The position numbers were made by a program, and so were the translations under genes. This document shows positions 18,673-28,800 of a stretch of DNA of 64,000 nucleotides, piece after piece. Origin of the DNA: an uncultured Gemmatimonadales bacterium (GTDB taxonomy: Bacteria; Gemmatimonadota; Gemmatimonadetes; Longimicrobiales; RSA9). The stretch is from NCBI GenBank assembly GCA_963798845.1, contig CAWCUS010000006.1, forward strand, positions 960,001 to 1,024,000, in the 5' to 3' direction. Position 1 is the stretch's first letter, and each line of letters opens with the position of its first letter. Under the pieces are notes generated by a model that searched no databases, was not told where the DNA came from, and was given only the letters and a program-made list of their open reading frames with translations.

Positions 18673-19595
18673 GGCTCACGCTGCGACGAGCCGCCGGTCC
18701 GTTCCCGAACGGGGCGGCGGCCGCCTCTTCGTCCCCCCCGGCCGCCACGATCCGCCTCGCCGCTCCCGGGGCGCTCGTGCTGTGTGCGGGTGCGATCGCC
18801 ACGGCGCCACTGGCCGCACCCGTCGCCGCCCAGCGACTCGGCGACGCGCTCCGTCGCACCCCTGCTCCCCTCGTCCAATTCTCGTTCCCCGCCCGCCCGA
18901 ACGTCTGTGGCGCCGGCGCCGCGATCCTCATCCGCGAGCCGGATGGGGGCGTCACCTTCGTCAACCACGACGGGAAGGGCCGGGGCGGCTGGCGCGACGG
19001 CGAGCCGCCTTGCGAGACGGGAGACGTCGTCATCCGGGTGGAGCGCGACCGGGACCGGGGCATCGTTTCGGCCGCGGTGCGCGTGGGCTCGAGGGCGGAT
19101 GCCGCAGCCGATCCCGTGTCGGGGCTGGCCGTGGACCTGGGCGCGTTCCAGGGTCAGGAAGCTGCCGACGCGCTCCTTGAGCTCGCCGCCTCCGCGCCTC
19201 GTCGCTCCGCCGGGCAGCTGATCTTCGCAGCAGGCCTGGCCGACGCTGCCACCACGTGGCCGGCCCTCCTCCGTCTCGCCCGCGACCGCACGCTCGCGAG
19301 CGGCACGCGCCGCGACGCCCTCTTCTGGCTCGCCCGCCAGGTGGAGGAGCACGTGGCGGACGCCATCGGCGGGATCGCCCGTGACCGGACCGAGGCGGAC
19401 GAGGTCCGCGCGGCAGCGGTTTTCGCGCTTTCGCAGCTGCCGGAGGAGCAGGCGGTGCCACGGCTGCTGGATCTCGGCCGCAGCTCCACCGACCCCCTGG
19501 TGCGCGGCAAGGCGCTCTTCTGGCTCGCCCAGTTCGACGATCCGCGCGTCACGGACGCCTTCGAGGAGATCCTCGCCGGCGGCGGGAACCCGTAA
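18669..19595 (+). CDS. Exported HEAT-repeat protein
   Basis: Hydrophobic signal-like segment; C-terminal RRDALFWLA, RAAAVFALS and RGKALFWLA repeats. Confidence 0.8.
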   Translation: MRLTLRRAAGPFPNGAAAASSSPPAATIRLAAPGALVLCAGAIATAPLAAPVAAQRLGDALRRTPAPLVQFSFPARPNVCGAGAAILIREPDGGVTFVNHDGKGRGGWRDGEPPCETGDVVIRVERDRDRGIVSAAVRVGSRADAAADPVSGLAVDLGAFQGQEAADALLELAASAPRRSAGQLIFAAGLADAATTWPALLRLARDRTLASGTRRDALFWLARQVEEHVADAIGGIARDRTEADEVRAAAVFALSQLPEEQAVPRLLDLGRSSTDPLVRGKALFWLAQFDDPRVTDAFEEILAGGGNP

Positions 19596-19827
19596 CGCGG
19601 CATCACTGCGCCGCGGCGCCCTCGCTCGCGGACGCCCGCGCGGTCTGCACTTCCGCCCGCACCACCACGATGAGCGCGCCCGCGAATCCCGGCGCCTCCG
19701 CCTTTCCCGGGACCACGGCCTGCCCTGTGGGAGCTCGTCAAGCTCCGTGCGGCTCACCCGGGGCTCCGCTTGGGAAAGGGCAGTGGTTGCGCTCACGTCC
19801 GTGGGACGGACGCGGGACGACGAGCGT

Positions 19828-21492
19828 TTACCCCGCGTCCGGCCGCGGGTCCGCGGCTCCGGAAGCGTCGGCGTCGGGCGGAGCACCCCAGCCGCCTCCA
19901 CCCGGGCTGCGCAGGCTGATGATGTCCCCCGCGCGGACGGAGAACGTCGCCTTCGCCGGCAGCTCCGTCTCCTGGCCGTCCCGGATCAGCACGTTCCGGC
20001 CCCGCGCGCCATCCCCGCCGCCCGCCGCCCCGCGAGGCGCGGATCGCCGCCGCTCGGTCAGCAGGCTGACGTCGCAATCGGCCAGGAGCTGGAGGTCGCG
20101 ACGGAGCCCGTCGCCGCCCGGATGACGCCCCGCGCCCCCCGTCGCCCGGCGCAGCGCGTAGTGCCGGATCCGGAAGGGATAGGCGTGCTCCAGCGCCTCC
20201 ACCGGCGTGTTGAGCGAGTTGCTCATGTGCACGTGCACGCCCGAGAGACCCGGCCCGTCCGCGCCGCCGCCCATGCCGCCGCCCATGGTCTCGTAATACG
20301 CGAACGCCTCACCGCTGCGCGGATCGACTCCGCCCACCGCCAGGTTGTTCATCGTCCCCTGCGAGCCCGCCACGCCAATGCCGGGAACCGCCCGCGACAG
20401 CGCGGCCAGCAGCACGTCCGTGATCCGCTGCGACGTCTCCACGTTTCCGCCCGCCACGCTCGCCGGGACGCGTGCGGCGACGAGGCTCCCGGGCGGCATG
20501 TCGATCCGCACGGCATCCATCGCCCCGCCGCCCGCCGGGAGCGGCTGGCCGAGCAGCCGTTCCACCACCACGCGCACCGCGTAGCGCGTGGCGGATGCCG
20601 TGATCGCCTCCACGGCGTTGATCCCCCCCCTCGCCTGCGGCGCCGTGCCCGCGAAGTCCACGCGCACCTCCTCGCCGGACACGATGACACGGGCCCGGAT
20701 CGGCAGCGGCGCGTCGTCGACGCCGTCATCCTCCATGGCGTCCTCGGCCTCGTACGTGCCGTCGGGAATGCGGGCGATGCCGGCACGCACCAGCCGGTCG
20801 GCGTAGCGCAGCAGCCCGGCCATGGCGGCGCGCACTTCCTCCTCCCCGCGGCGCTCGACGAGCTCCAGCAGGCGGCGTTCCCCGGCCACCAGCGCAGCGA
20901 GCTGCGCGTCCAGGTCCCCCTCCCGCTCGCCGGGCGTCCGCACGTTCGCGAGGATCAGGCGCCAGACGTCCTCCTGCCGCCGCCCGCCCGTCACCAGCCG
21001 CACCGACGGAATCCGCAGGCCCTCCTGATAGATCTCGCGCGCGAGCGGCATCGAGCCGGCGGCCATCCCGCCCACGTCCGCGTGGTGCGCTCTCGCCGCG
21101 ACGTATCCCAGAGCACGCGCTCCGGCCGTCGGCGGCTCCGGCGCCGGAAGGTAGACGGGGGCGATGAGCGTGATGTCCGGCAGGTGCGTCCCCCCCCGGA
21201 ACGGGTCGTTCAGCGCCACCACGTCTCCCGGAACCAGCGGCCCCAGCTCGGCCACTGCCGCTGCCACGCTCATGGGCATCGCTCCGAGATGGACCGGCAT
21301 GTGGTCGCCCAGCGCCACCGCTCGCGCGTGCGCATCGAAGAGCGCGCACGAATAGTCGCGTCGCTCCTTGATGTTGGGCGAATACGCCGATCGGCGCAGC
21401 GTGGCGCCCATCTCCTCGGCCAGCGCGGTCAGGAGGTGGCGGTAGATCTCGAGGCGAATCGGATCTTCCATCACCCCCGGGGTTTCCATCAT
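19828..21492 (-). CDS. Hydantoinase B/oxoprolinase family protein
   Basis: EEMG...AYSPNIKERRDYSC, PVHLG, NDPFRGGTHLPD, HHADVGG, NTPVEALE and PGGGGWG. Confidence 0.93.
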   Translation of the reverse strand: MMETPGVMEDPIRLEIYRHLLTALAEEMGATLRRSAYSPNIKERRDYSCALFDAHARAVALGDHMPVHLGAMPMSVAAAVAELGPLVPGDVVALNDPFRGGTHLPDITLIAPVYLPAPEPPTAGARALGYVAARAHHADVGGMAAGSMPLAREIYQEGLRIPSVRLVTGGRRQEDVWRLILANVRTPGEREGDLDAQLAALVAGERRLLELVERRGEEEVRAAMAGLLRYADRLVRAGIARIPDGTYEAEDAMEDDGVDDAPLPIRARVIVSGEEVRVDFAGTAPQARGGINAVEAITASATRYAVRVVVERLLGQPLPAGGGAMDAVRIDMPPGSLVAARVPASVAGGNVETSQRITDVLLAALSRAVPGIGVAGSQGTMNNLAVGGVDPRSGEAFAYYETMGGGMGGGADGPGLSGVHVHMSNSLNTPVEALEHAYPFRIRHYALRRATGGAGRHPGGDGLRRDLQLLADCDVSLLTERRRSAPRGAAGGGDGARGRNVLIRDGQETELPAKATFSVRAGDIISLRSPGGGGWGAPPDADASGAADPRPDAG

Positions 21493-21596
21493 CCGGACGC
21501 CTCCCTACATTCCGGTTCTGGCACCAATCTTCCCGTCAAGTGTACGCTCGTCGGGCGAGAGATCTCGACTTTGGAATAGAAGATACGGAGGTTCAT

Positions 21597-21872
21597 TTGG
21601 CCAAGCACGAACGTACGGTTCTGGACAGGGCTCGCGACGAGCTTTTCAGTCATATCAACCGCTGCGGCGTCCTCGACGCCAGCGACGACCAGCAGCGGGA
21701 GTGGCTTGACGACACGATGAAGTTCCTCGAGGAGCGCTACCCGCAGCTCAACAACGCCGAGCTGAAGCAGCTCGAGGAGCTCGGAATGCGGTATTGCATG
21801 CCGGTGATCCGCCACGGCAAGGCTCACACGGCCTCGTCCGAGTGGCAGGAGACGGAGACGAGCGCGGCCTAG
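21597..21872 (+). CDS. Small hypothetical protein
   Basis: GGAGG RBS before TTG at 21597; protein-like sequence (RARDELFSHINRCGV); followed by a terminator. Confidence 0.75.
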   Translation: MAKHERTVLDRARDELFSHINRCGVLDASDDQQREWLDDTMKFLEERYPQLNNAELKQLEELGMRYCMPVIRHGKAHTASSEWQETETSAA

Positions 21873-21892
21873 CTGAAAGCGGCTGGAGATCG

Positions 21893-21930
21893 GGGGCGCC
21901 GGCACTCCAGGGTGTCGGCGCTTTTGCATT
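21893..21930 (+). terminator. Rho-independent terminator
   Basis: GCGCCGGCAC/GTGTCGGCGC stem followed by TTTTGCATT. Confidence 0.7.
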
Positions 21931-22046
21931 ACCTTGAACGCAGTGCCTCCCGGTCACCGGCGCACCCCGCCTGACGATCCGGCCAGAAGATTCGCCGAGC
22001 GCTGCCGACGCTGAAGGCAGGTCCATTTTGCCGCGAGTGGTACGAC

Positions 22047-23087
22047 ATGGGGACGTACGAGGGCATGTCCGACCTGTCCAATGGCGTGGTCCGGGCGCTG
22101 GTCGTGGATGACCAGCCCGCAGTGGTGAGGACGGTCGTGCGCTGGCTCGAGGGGGAGGGTATCGAGTGCGTGGGCGCGTACTCGGGGGAGCAGGCCCTGT
22201 CCCTGTTCGAGCCCGGACGCTACGGGCTCGTGCTCACGGACATCCACATGCCCGGCGGATCGGGACTCGAGCTGGCCGGCACCATCCGGTCGATGGACCC
22301 GCTCGTTCAGGTCATCATCATGACCGGGAACACGGGTGTGGAGACGGCCGTCGAGGCACTGCGTCTCCACGCCGACGACTATCTCGTGAAGCCTTTTCAG
22401 TCCGCCGGCCTGCTCCACGCCACCCGCAGGGCCGTGGAGCATCGTAACCTGCTGCTCGAGAATCGGCGCTACCGCAATCACCTGGAAGACCAGGTCCGGC
22501 TGCAGACGCACCGCATCGAACGGCTGTACCTCTCCAGCATCCACGCCCTCGTGCGGGCGCTCGAGGCAAAAGACGCTCACACCCGCGGTCACTCGGACCG
22601 GGTGACGGATTACGCCCTCCTCATCCAGCAGGAGGTGGGCGGCGTTGACCCGGAGTCGCTGCGTGTCGGCGCCCAGCTCCACGACATCGGCAAGATCGGG
22701 ATTCGCGGGGAGATCCTGCGGAAGGAGGGGCCGCTGGACGGGCTGGAGCTGGGGCACGTGCGCGATCACCCACGCATCGGCGTCGAGATCCTCTCGCCGC
22801 TCCTCGACGACCCGGTGGCGCTCGGCGTGGTCCGGCACCACCACGAGCGCTGGGACGGACGCGGCTACCCCGACGGCCTGGCCGGCGAGAACATCCCGGT
22901 GGGCGCCCGGATCGTCGCCATCGCCGACAGCTTCGACGCCATGACTTCTTTGCGGCCCTATCGCCCCGCCCTGTCCGCGGTCGCCGCCATCGCCGAGCTG
23001 AACCGCGAAGCCGGACGCCAGTTCGACCCGACCCTCGTCCCCCTGGCCAGCCGCGCGCTCGCCGCACCCCTTGCGGCGCTCGCCTAG
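22047..23087 (+). CDS. Response regulator with HD-GYP phosphodiesterase domain
   Basis: REC domain (VVDD, DIHMP); HTRGHS, LHDIGKIG, HHERWDGRGYP and RPYR. Confidence 0.93.
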   Translation: MGTYEGMSDLSNGVVRALVVDDQPAVVRTVVRWLEGEGIECVGAYSGEQALSLFEPGRYGLVLTDIHMPGGSGLELAGTIRSMDPLVQVIIMTGNTGVETAVEALRLHADDYLVKPFQSAGLLHATRRAVEHRNLLLENRRYRNHLEDQVRLQTHRIERLYLSSIHALVRALEAKDAHTRGHSDRVTDYALLIQQEVGGVDPESLRVGAQLHDIGKIGIRGEILRKEGPLDGLELGHVRDHPRIGVEILSPLLDDPVALGVVRHHHERWDGRGYPDGLAGENIPVGARIVAIADSFDAMTSLRPYRPALSAVAAIAELNREAGRQFDPTLVPLASRALAAPLAALA

Positions 23088-23350
23088 AACGCCGAGGCTC
23101 GGTGCGGTGTAGTCTTCGCCGTTGTCTCCTCCCGGAGACATGCGCGGAGATCGAAACGCCCATGCCGCCATCCGGCACGCCCTCGACACCCTCCACGCCG
23201 GCGGCGACCGTGGTGGAGCTGCTTCGCCCCGGCCGCGAGCGCGACGGGGCGCACCGCTTCGGGCGTTGACCGAGGGGGAGGGTGGCTCGGCACTTGCCGC
23301 GCGCTCGTGCGTATCAGGTCGGGAGGCGCGGGTCGCAGCCAGGAGCGGGA

Positions 23351-25270
23351 ATGCCGTACAGGAGCGGGGGACATCACCAGACGCCCCGGTGGGCGAGAGA
23401 GCGACGCGCAGTGTGGGCTCGCGTCGCCGTCAGCATCGTCATCCTCGGCCTGATCTACTCCCTGGTTCGACTCCAGGTGCTGCGCGCCGAGGAGTTCAAG
23501 ACGCAGGCGAGGCAGAACATGCTGCGCCCCGTGACCGTGCGCGCTCCCCGGGGCACCATCTACGATCGACACGGCCGGGTCGTCGCCGAGAACCGCGTGG
23601 CCTACCAGGTGCAGATCATGCCCGCGCCGATGGACTCGCTCCGCGCTCAGGTGGAGCGACTCCGATCCGTGCTGGACCTGACCGACGGGGACGTCGAGAC
23701 GGCGTTCAAGCGGTTTCACGCTTCGCCCAACCGTCCGTTCGTCGTCCTCTCCGACGCCAATCCCGACCAGGTGGCACGGCTGGAGGAGCGGCGGATGGAG
23801 TTCCCGGACGTCCTGATCCACGAATACCCGAAGCGCTTCTACCCGGCGGGGGCGGCGGTGGCGCACCTCATCGGCTACGTGGCCGAGATCAGCAGGTCCG
23901 AGCTCGAACGGCCGGAGTTCGCCCACTACCGGCAGGGTCGCTGGATCGGCAAGGCCGGCCTCGAGCGGGAGTACGAGGGCGCGCTGGGAGGCGAGCCGGG
24001 GCTGCGCTACATGGAAGTGGACGCCCGCGGCCGCATCAAGCGCTGGCTCCCCGAAAGCGCGGGCGTGCCCTCCATCCCCGGGCTGGACCTGCACCTCTAT
24101 CTGGACCTCGACCTCCAGCGCTACGGCGCGTTCCTGCTCCAGGAGACCGCGCGCGAGCTGGGGATGGAAAAGGCGCAGGGGGCGTTCGTCGCCATGGACC
24201 CGCGCACCGGCGGCGTCCTGGCCTACTACAGCAATCCGTCGTACGACCCCAACCTCTTCACGGGCGGAATACCCGCGAAGATCTGGACCGCGCTGCGCGA
24301 CGACCCCACGAAGCCGCTGCTCGACCGCGCGGGCGGGGCCGCCCAGCCGCCGGGCTCCACTTTCAAGATGGAAGTGGCAGCCATGGCGCTGGAAGCGGGG
24401 GCGATCACCCCCGACTGGGTCTGCCCCATCCCCTGCACGGGCGGGATGACGTACCAGGGACGGTACGCCCGGTGCTGGACCAACCACGGCCAGCGATTCG
24501 ACCTCATCGGCGGGATCAAGAACTCCTGCGACGTCTACTTCTATCAGGTCGGGATCGCGCTCGGGCTCACGGAGTTCATGAAGCACGGAAGCGCCCTCGG
24601 CTTCGCGGAGAAGACCGGCGTGGATCTGCCGTCCGAGATCGCGCCCATCTTCCCGAAGAGCGCCAAGTGGTTCGAGGACCGGTTCGGGTATGAGCCCCAG
24701 CCGCCCGAGGTCATGTCTCTCTCCATCGGCCAGGGGGCGGTCACGCTCACCCCGCTCAAGCTGGTCCAGATGGTCAGCGGCCTCGCCCGCCCCGATGGAC
24801 GCATGCCCGTCCCTCGCCTCGTACAGACCGACGAGCCGCCGCAATTCCTCCACCAGTTCGGCCTCTCCAGGGAGGACATCGACGGTATCCGGAAGGGGAT
24901 GCGCCGCGTGCTGGCGCCGGGAGGCACTGCCTATCTCAGCCGCGTCGCGCACTGGGACATCTTCGGCAAGACAGGCACCGCACAGAACCCGCACGGCGCC
25001 GACCACGCCTGGTTCGTCGGCGTCGGCGCCGTCCCGGGGAAGGAGCCGGAGATCGTGGCCGCCATGCTCATCTACAACGGCCAGCATGGGACCACCGCGT
25101 CGGGGCCCCTGATGAACGCCATCAACTTCTACCTCGACCGGCGCCACGGCCTCCCCTTCGAGCGCTTCCCAACGCCGCGCGAACGCCTGGCGCACGGGAT
25201 GTCCGTGGACTGGGGTGAGACGACGGCTCCGGTCCAGGACTACCCGGTCAACGACTACGGCGACAACTGA
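23351..25270 (+). CDS. mrdA: Penicillin-binding protein 2
   Basis: N-terminal TM; APRGTIYDR, GKAGLE, PGSTFK (SxxK), NSCDVYFY and GKTGTAQ; AGGAG RBS before ATG 23351. Confidence 0.92.
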   Translation: MPYRSGGHHQTPRWARERRAVWARVAVSIVILGLIYSLVRLQVLRAEEFKTQARQNMLRPVTVRAPRGTIYDRHGRVVAENRVAYQVQIMPAPMDSLRAQVERLRSVLDLTDGDVETAFKRFHASPNRPFVVLSDANPDQVARLEERRMEFPDVLIHEYPKRFYPAGAAVAHLIGYVAEISRSELERPEFAHYRQGRWIGKAGLEREYEGALGGEPGLRYMEVDARGRIKRWLPESAGVPSIPGLDLHLYLDLDLQRYGAFLLQETARELGMEKAQGAFVAMDPRTGGVLAYYSNPSYDPNLFTGGIPAKIWTALRDDPTKPLLDRAGGAAQPPGSTFKMEVAAMALEAGAITPDWVCPIPCTGGMTYQGRYARCWTNHGQRFDLIGGIKNSCDVYFYQVGIALGLTEFMKHGSALGFAEKTGVDLPSEIAPIFPKSAKWFEDRFGYEPQPPEVMSLSIGQGAVTLTPLKLVQMVSGLARPDGRMPVPRLVQTDEPPQFLHQFGLSREDIDGIRKGMRRVLAPGGTAYLSRVAHWDIFGKTGTAQNPHGADHAWFVGVGAVPGKEPEIVAAMLIYNGQHGTTASGPLMNAINFYLDRRHGLPFERFPTPRERLAHGMSVDWGETTAPVQDYPVNDYGDN

Positions 25271-25433
25271 GCGGCGCCCTCCCGGGCCTCTCCTCTGCCG
25301 CCTCCGCCGGGGCTCCTGAAAACGCGGCTCATCAGGGTAGCACCCGATGTCGGGATCGTTTACATTCAAATGACCGCCGCGGCGGTCCTTCCAAAATAGC
25401 CCAGCCAGACAACCGGAACCGGAGGCGCCGCTT

Positions 25434-26525
25434 ATGCCTGACTCGTTCCTCAACTCCGAGGAGTATGATGAACGTGCGCACGTGCTGTACGACCGCGGTG
25501 ACTACGACGCAGCACTCGAGGTATTGAAGGAAGGGCTCCGGCTTTACCCCCACTCCGTCGATCTCTACGTCGGTATCGGCTACACCCGCCTCGCCAGGGA
25601 AGAGTTCATCTGGGCACTCCACGCGTTCGAGAAGGCCATGGTCCTCGATCCCGAGCACGACGACGGGATGGTGGGATACGGCGAGACACTGCTCCGATTC
25701 GGGCGGCGCGAGGAGACCGCCGAGCTGTTCGGCCGCGTGCGCGGCGGACCGGGCGGCGAGGACTCGGAGCTGCTCATGTCCATGGCCCGCGCGCTCTATC
25801 GCGACGAGCAATTCGAAGCGGCACGGGGGTTCTTCGAGGCCGCGCTCGACGCGCAGCCGGATAGCGCCGAGGCCACCGCGGGGCTAGGCTTCGTGCTCCA
25901 CCGCATGGGCAAGGAGAAGGCCGCGATCAGGGAGCTGCGCGCTGCGCTGGCGCTGAATCCCGACCATGTCGAGGCCAGGATCTACCTGGCCCACCTGCTC
26001 TACGACCGGGGCGACTGGCAGGGTGCGCTGGAAGGCTTCGCCGCCCTCGCGCCGGCCGAGCACTGGGACCCGCTGGCGGTCTGGCGGCTGGTTGAGCTGC
26101 ACAAGAGCGTCGGCGGCCTGCGCGACGACGACCCCGAGATCATGGTGTGGGAATCCCGGCTCGACGACCTGGAGGAGACCGCCGATCCCGTGGACGAGCT
26201 TCTCGCCGAGATCGAAGCCATGGACCCGGAGCCGCTCGCCGAGGACGAGGCGTGGGGAACGCGCAGCTCGGCGGCAGCACGCAGCGAGACGGCCGCGCGG
26301 CACCGGGTGCGGCTCCCCGACGGGACGGCGTTCGACGGTTCGTGGCTGGATATCGTCCGGCAGATCCGGGATCAGGCGGGCCGCGCGGGCGAGAGCGTCG
26401 CACAGTTCATGCGTCGCTGGGCGGAGGACACGCGCGTCCGGATCGGCGTGGGCGTTCCCGTAGACGACGCGGAGGGGTTCATCCTCGCCCACGCGCGCGC
26501 AGGGCTGCTGAAGATCGAGCGCTGA
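25434..26525 (+). CDS. Tetratricopeptide repeat protein
   Basis: Multiple TPR units (ALEVLKEGLRLYP, ALALNPDH) plus a distinct C-terminal domain. Confidence 0.85.
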   Translation: MPDSFLNSEEYDERAHVLYDRGDYDAALEVLKEGLRLYPHSVDLYVGIGYTRLAREEFIWALHAFEKAMVLDPEHDDGMVGYGETLLRFGRREETAELFGRVRGGPGGEDSELLMSMARALYRDEQFEAARGFFEAALDAQPDSAEATAGLGFVLHRMGKEKAAIRELRAALALNPDHVEARIYLAHLLYDRGDWQGALEGFAALAPAEHWDPLAVWRLVELHKSVGGLRDDDPEIMVWESRLDDLEETADPVDELLAEIEAMDPEPLAEDEAWGTRSSAAARSETAARHRVRLPDGTAFDGSWLDIVRQIRDQAGRAGESVAQFMRRWAEDTRVRIGVGVPVDDAEGFILAHARAGLLKIER

Positions 26526-26531
26526 ATCGGA

Positions 26532-27509
26532 ATGGACGCATCGGGCCCACTGCGGCCTCTCACGGAGGCGGCGGATTCCATCCGTCGCCTCCACGAATAT
26601 CACACCCTCGAGGAGCTGGGCACCGCCCTGGAACGCGTGCACGTCGCGGTCCAGAGCGTGCTCCGACTGCGCCTCCGGGATGACCCTTCAGCGCCCGAGT
26701 CCGAGCGACTGAGCGCGTTCTCCGAGGACCAGCTCCCCATGGACCGGGTCATCCGCAGCCTTCGCAGCCGCGATCTGATCTCCCTCCACCTGGCGGGGAA
26801 GCTCCACGAGCTCGACGGCGTCGTCGCCAGGGCCAGGGACGGGGACTCGCGCCCCGACGACGCCGACGTCGCCCTGCGGGTGCTGGAACAGCTGCGTGCC
26901 GAGCTGGCCGCTCCGCCCGCACCTGCAACCGGGCCGGGACCGCAGCCCACCCCGCCGCTCGAGCGGAGCGCGGCCCGAGCGGTTCCAGCCGGCTCTCGCC
27001 ATGCGGGACGTTGGATGGCGTGGCTCGGCGCAGCCCTCGCCGCACTCATGCTGGTAGGCTTCGCGTGGGTGCTGCTCCGAGGGCGGGGTCGCGACGTGGA
27101 CGCGGCGATCGTCGCGTTCCGGGCAGGTCGCCTCGACAGCGCGGAGGTGCTCTTCCAGCAGGCGCTCGCGCGCGCGCCGGACGACGTGACCACTCGCCTG
27201 TACCTGGCGCGCATCCAGCGGCGGCAGGGGCGGCTCGACGCCGCAGCGAGTACCTTGCGGAAGGCGGCGGAGGACGCCCCCGACGATCCGGCGGTGCGAC
27301 GGGAGCTGGGGCATCTCTTCCTCGACGTCGGCCACCCGGAGATGGCGGCGCGCCAGTACGAGCTGGCGCTCGAGCGCGCACCGGAGGACGCGGCCAACTG
27401 GACGGCGCTGATCCGCGCCCAGCGGATGGCCGGCGACCCGCGTGCGGACAGCACGCTCGCCCGAGCCCCGGCCGAGGTTCAGGCCGGGTTCGGCGCGACC
27501 GGCGGCTGA
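26532..27509 (+). CDS. Membrane-anchored TPR protein
   Basis: Helical N-domain, Pro-rich linker, TM (WMAWLGAALAALMLVGFAWVLL) and C-terminal TPRs. Confidence 0.8.
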   Translation: MDASGPLRPLTEAADSIRRLHEYHTLEELGTALERVHVAVQSVLRLRLRDDPSAPESERLSAFSEDQLPMDRVIRSLRSRDLISLHLAGKLHELDGVVARARDGDSRPDDADVALRVLEQLRAELAAPPAPATGPGPQPTPPLERSAARAVPAGSRHAGRWMAWLGAALAALMLVGFAWVLLRGRGRDVDAAIVAFRAGRLDSAEVLFQQALARAPDDVTTRLYLARIQRRQGRLDAAASTLRKAAEDAPDDPAVRRELGHLFLDVGHPEMAARQYELALERAPEDAANWTALIRAQRMAGDPRADSTLARAPAEVQAGFGATGG

Positions 27510-27542
27510 CCGGACCTTCAACGCCTCAGCCCAGGAGGAAGG

Positions 27543-28160
27543 ATGCCGATGACGGACGACGTGGTGACACGGCTCTACCGGTGCCTCGTGGACCGGCTGC
27601 AGGAGCACGGCTACGTCGAAGGGGAGGGGGTCCGCGTCTCGCGCCTCTACGAGGAGATCGTCCCCTACCGCGCGGTCCGGCATTCGCTCGGTGTGGATCT
27701 GAACGCGGATTACGAGCACGCCCTGCTGCGCCTCCTGGCCGGCGAGCGGGAGCTGGTCCGCCTGGAGCCGGAGTCCGCCCGCGAGGAGCTCAGGCGCGAG
27801 GCGGAAGCCCCGTATCCCGCAGTGGGCGCGTTCCGCGACTACGCCGGCTGCCTGGTCCAGGTGCGCCTGCCATCGCAGGCGACGGAGGCGGAGCCCGGGC
27901 ACGAGGACCCCCCGGCGCCCGGGAGCGATGAGCCCGAGGCGTCGCATCGGACCGAGGCGGCCGCGCCCGCGAGCGAGGAGCCGGCGTCCGAACGCCCGTG
28001 CCCCTACTGTGACGAGCCGCTGCCCCAGGGCCTGAGCGTGCACTTTTGTCCCCATTGCGGAGGGGACCAGGAGCGGATCGCCTGTCCGCGATGCGGCGCG
28101 GAGCTGGAGCGGGGCTGGCGCTACTGCATCGGCTGCGGCGCGGAAGCCCCTCTCTGGTAG
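27543..28160 (+). CDS. Double zinc-ribbon domain protein
   Basis: CPYC, CPHC, CPRC and CIGC at the C-terminus; AGGAGG RBS. Confidence 0.85.
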   Translation: MPMTDDVVTRLYRCLVDRLQEHGYVEGEGVRVSRLYEEIVPYRAVRHSLGVDLNADYEHALLRLLAGERELVRLEPESAREELRREAEAPYPAVGAFRDYAGCLVQVRLPSQATEAEPGHEDPPAPGSDEPEASHRTEAAAPASEEPASERPCPYCDEPLPQGLSVHFCPHCGGDQERIACPRCGAELERGWRYCIGCGAEAPLW

Positions 28161-28301
28161 GCGCCCGGCTTGCCGATTGCGTTGTCCGTCCGCGCCGCTT
28201 GACGGTGGCAGGAGCCCGTATCTAAGTTCGCGGCTTCCACCGGAAGCAGCGGTCCTGGGGGCCGTTTCCCCGAACCAGAGATCCAGAGGAGGAAGACGCA
28301 T

Positions 28302-28790
28302 ATGCGCGGCACACGTTGGAGCCTGCTTGCCCTCGCGACGATCACGGCCGTGGGGCTGGCGGCGTGTGGAGGTGGGGACCAGGGTGGCGGCGAGACCGAG
28401 TCGGCTCAGCCGGCGAGCACCACGCCCGCGCCCGACACGGGCATGGCCGCGGTCGGGGCGGAAGAAGGAGCGCAGACGGCTGCCAACCTGCCGGAGGGAA
28501 TCACGCAGGAGCAGGTGACGCAGGGCCGGCAGATCTTCACGGGAGCGGGCGGGTGCATCGCCTGCCACGGGCCGGACGCCAAGGGGACGGCGCTGGCCCC
28601 GGACCTGACCGACAGCGAGTGGCTGCACGTCTCCGGTCCCGACTACGACGCGATCGTCAACCTGATCAAGACGGGCGTCCCGCAGCCCGTGAACCACCCC
28701 GGTCCGATGCCGCCGATGGGCGGAGCGAACCTCACCGACGAGCAGGTTCACGCGGTGGCCGCCTACGTGGTCTCCCTCAGCCAGAGCTGA
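28302..28790 (+). CDS. c-type cytochrome lipoprotein
   Basis: Lipobox LAAC, single heme motif CIACH, distal Met in MPPMGG; candidate promoter TTGACG-N18-TAAGTT at 28199-28228. Confidence 0.9.
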   Translation: MRGTRWSLLALATITAVGLAACGGGDQGGGETESAQPASTTPAPDTGMAAVGAEEGAQTAANLPEGITQEQVTQGRQIFTGAGGCIACHGPDAKGTALAPDLTDSEWLHVSGPDYDAIVNLIKTGVPQPVNHPGPMPPMGGANLTDEQVHAVAAYVVSLSQS

Positions 28791-28800
28791 AGTCTTGAGC

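Noticed and set aside
28232..28252. SRP RNA-like GGAAGCAGC
   Set aside because: The conserved CAGG...GGAA...AGCAG domain IV context is missing; it is only a short GCTTCC/GGAAGC hairpin in the cytochrome leader.
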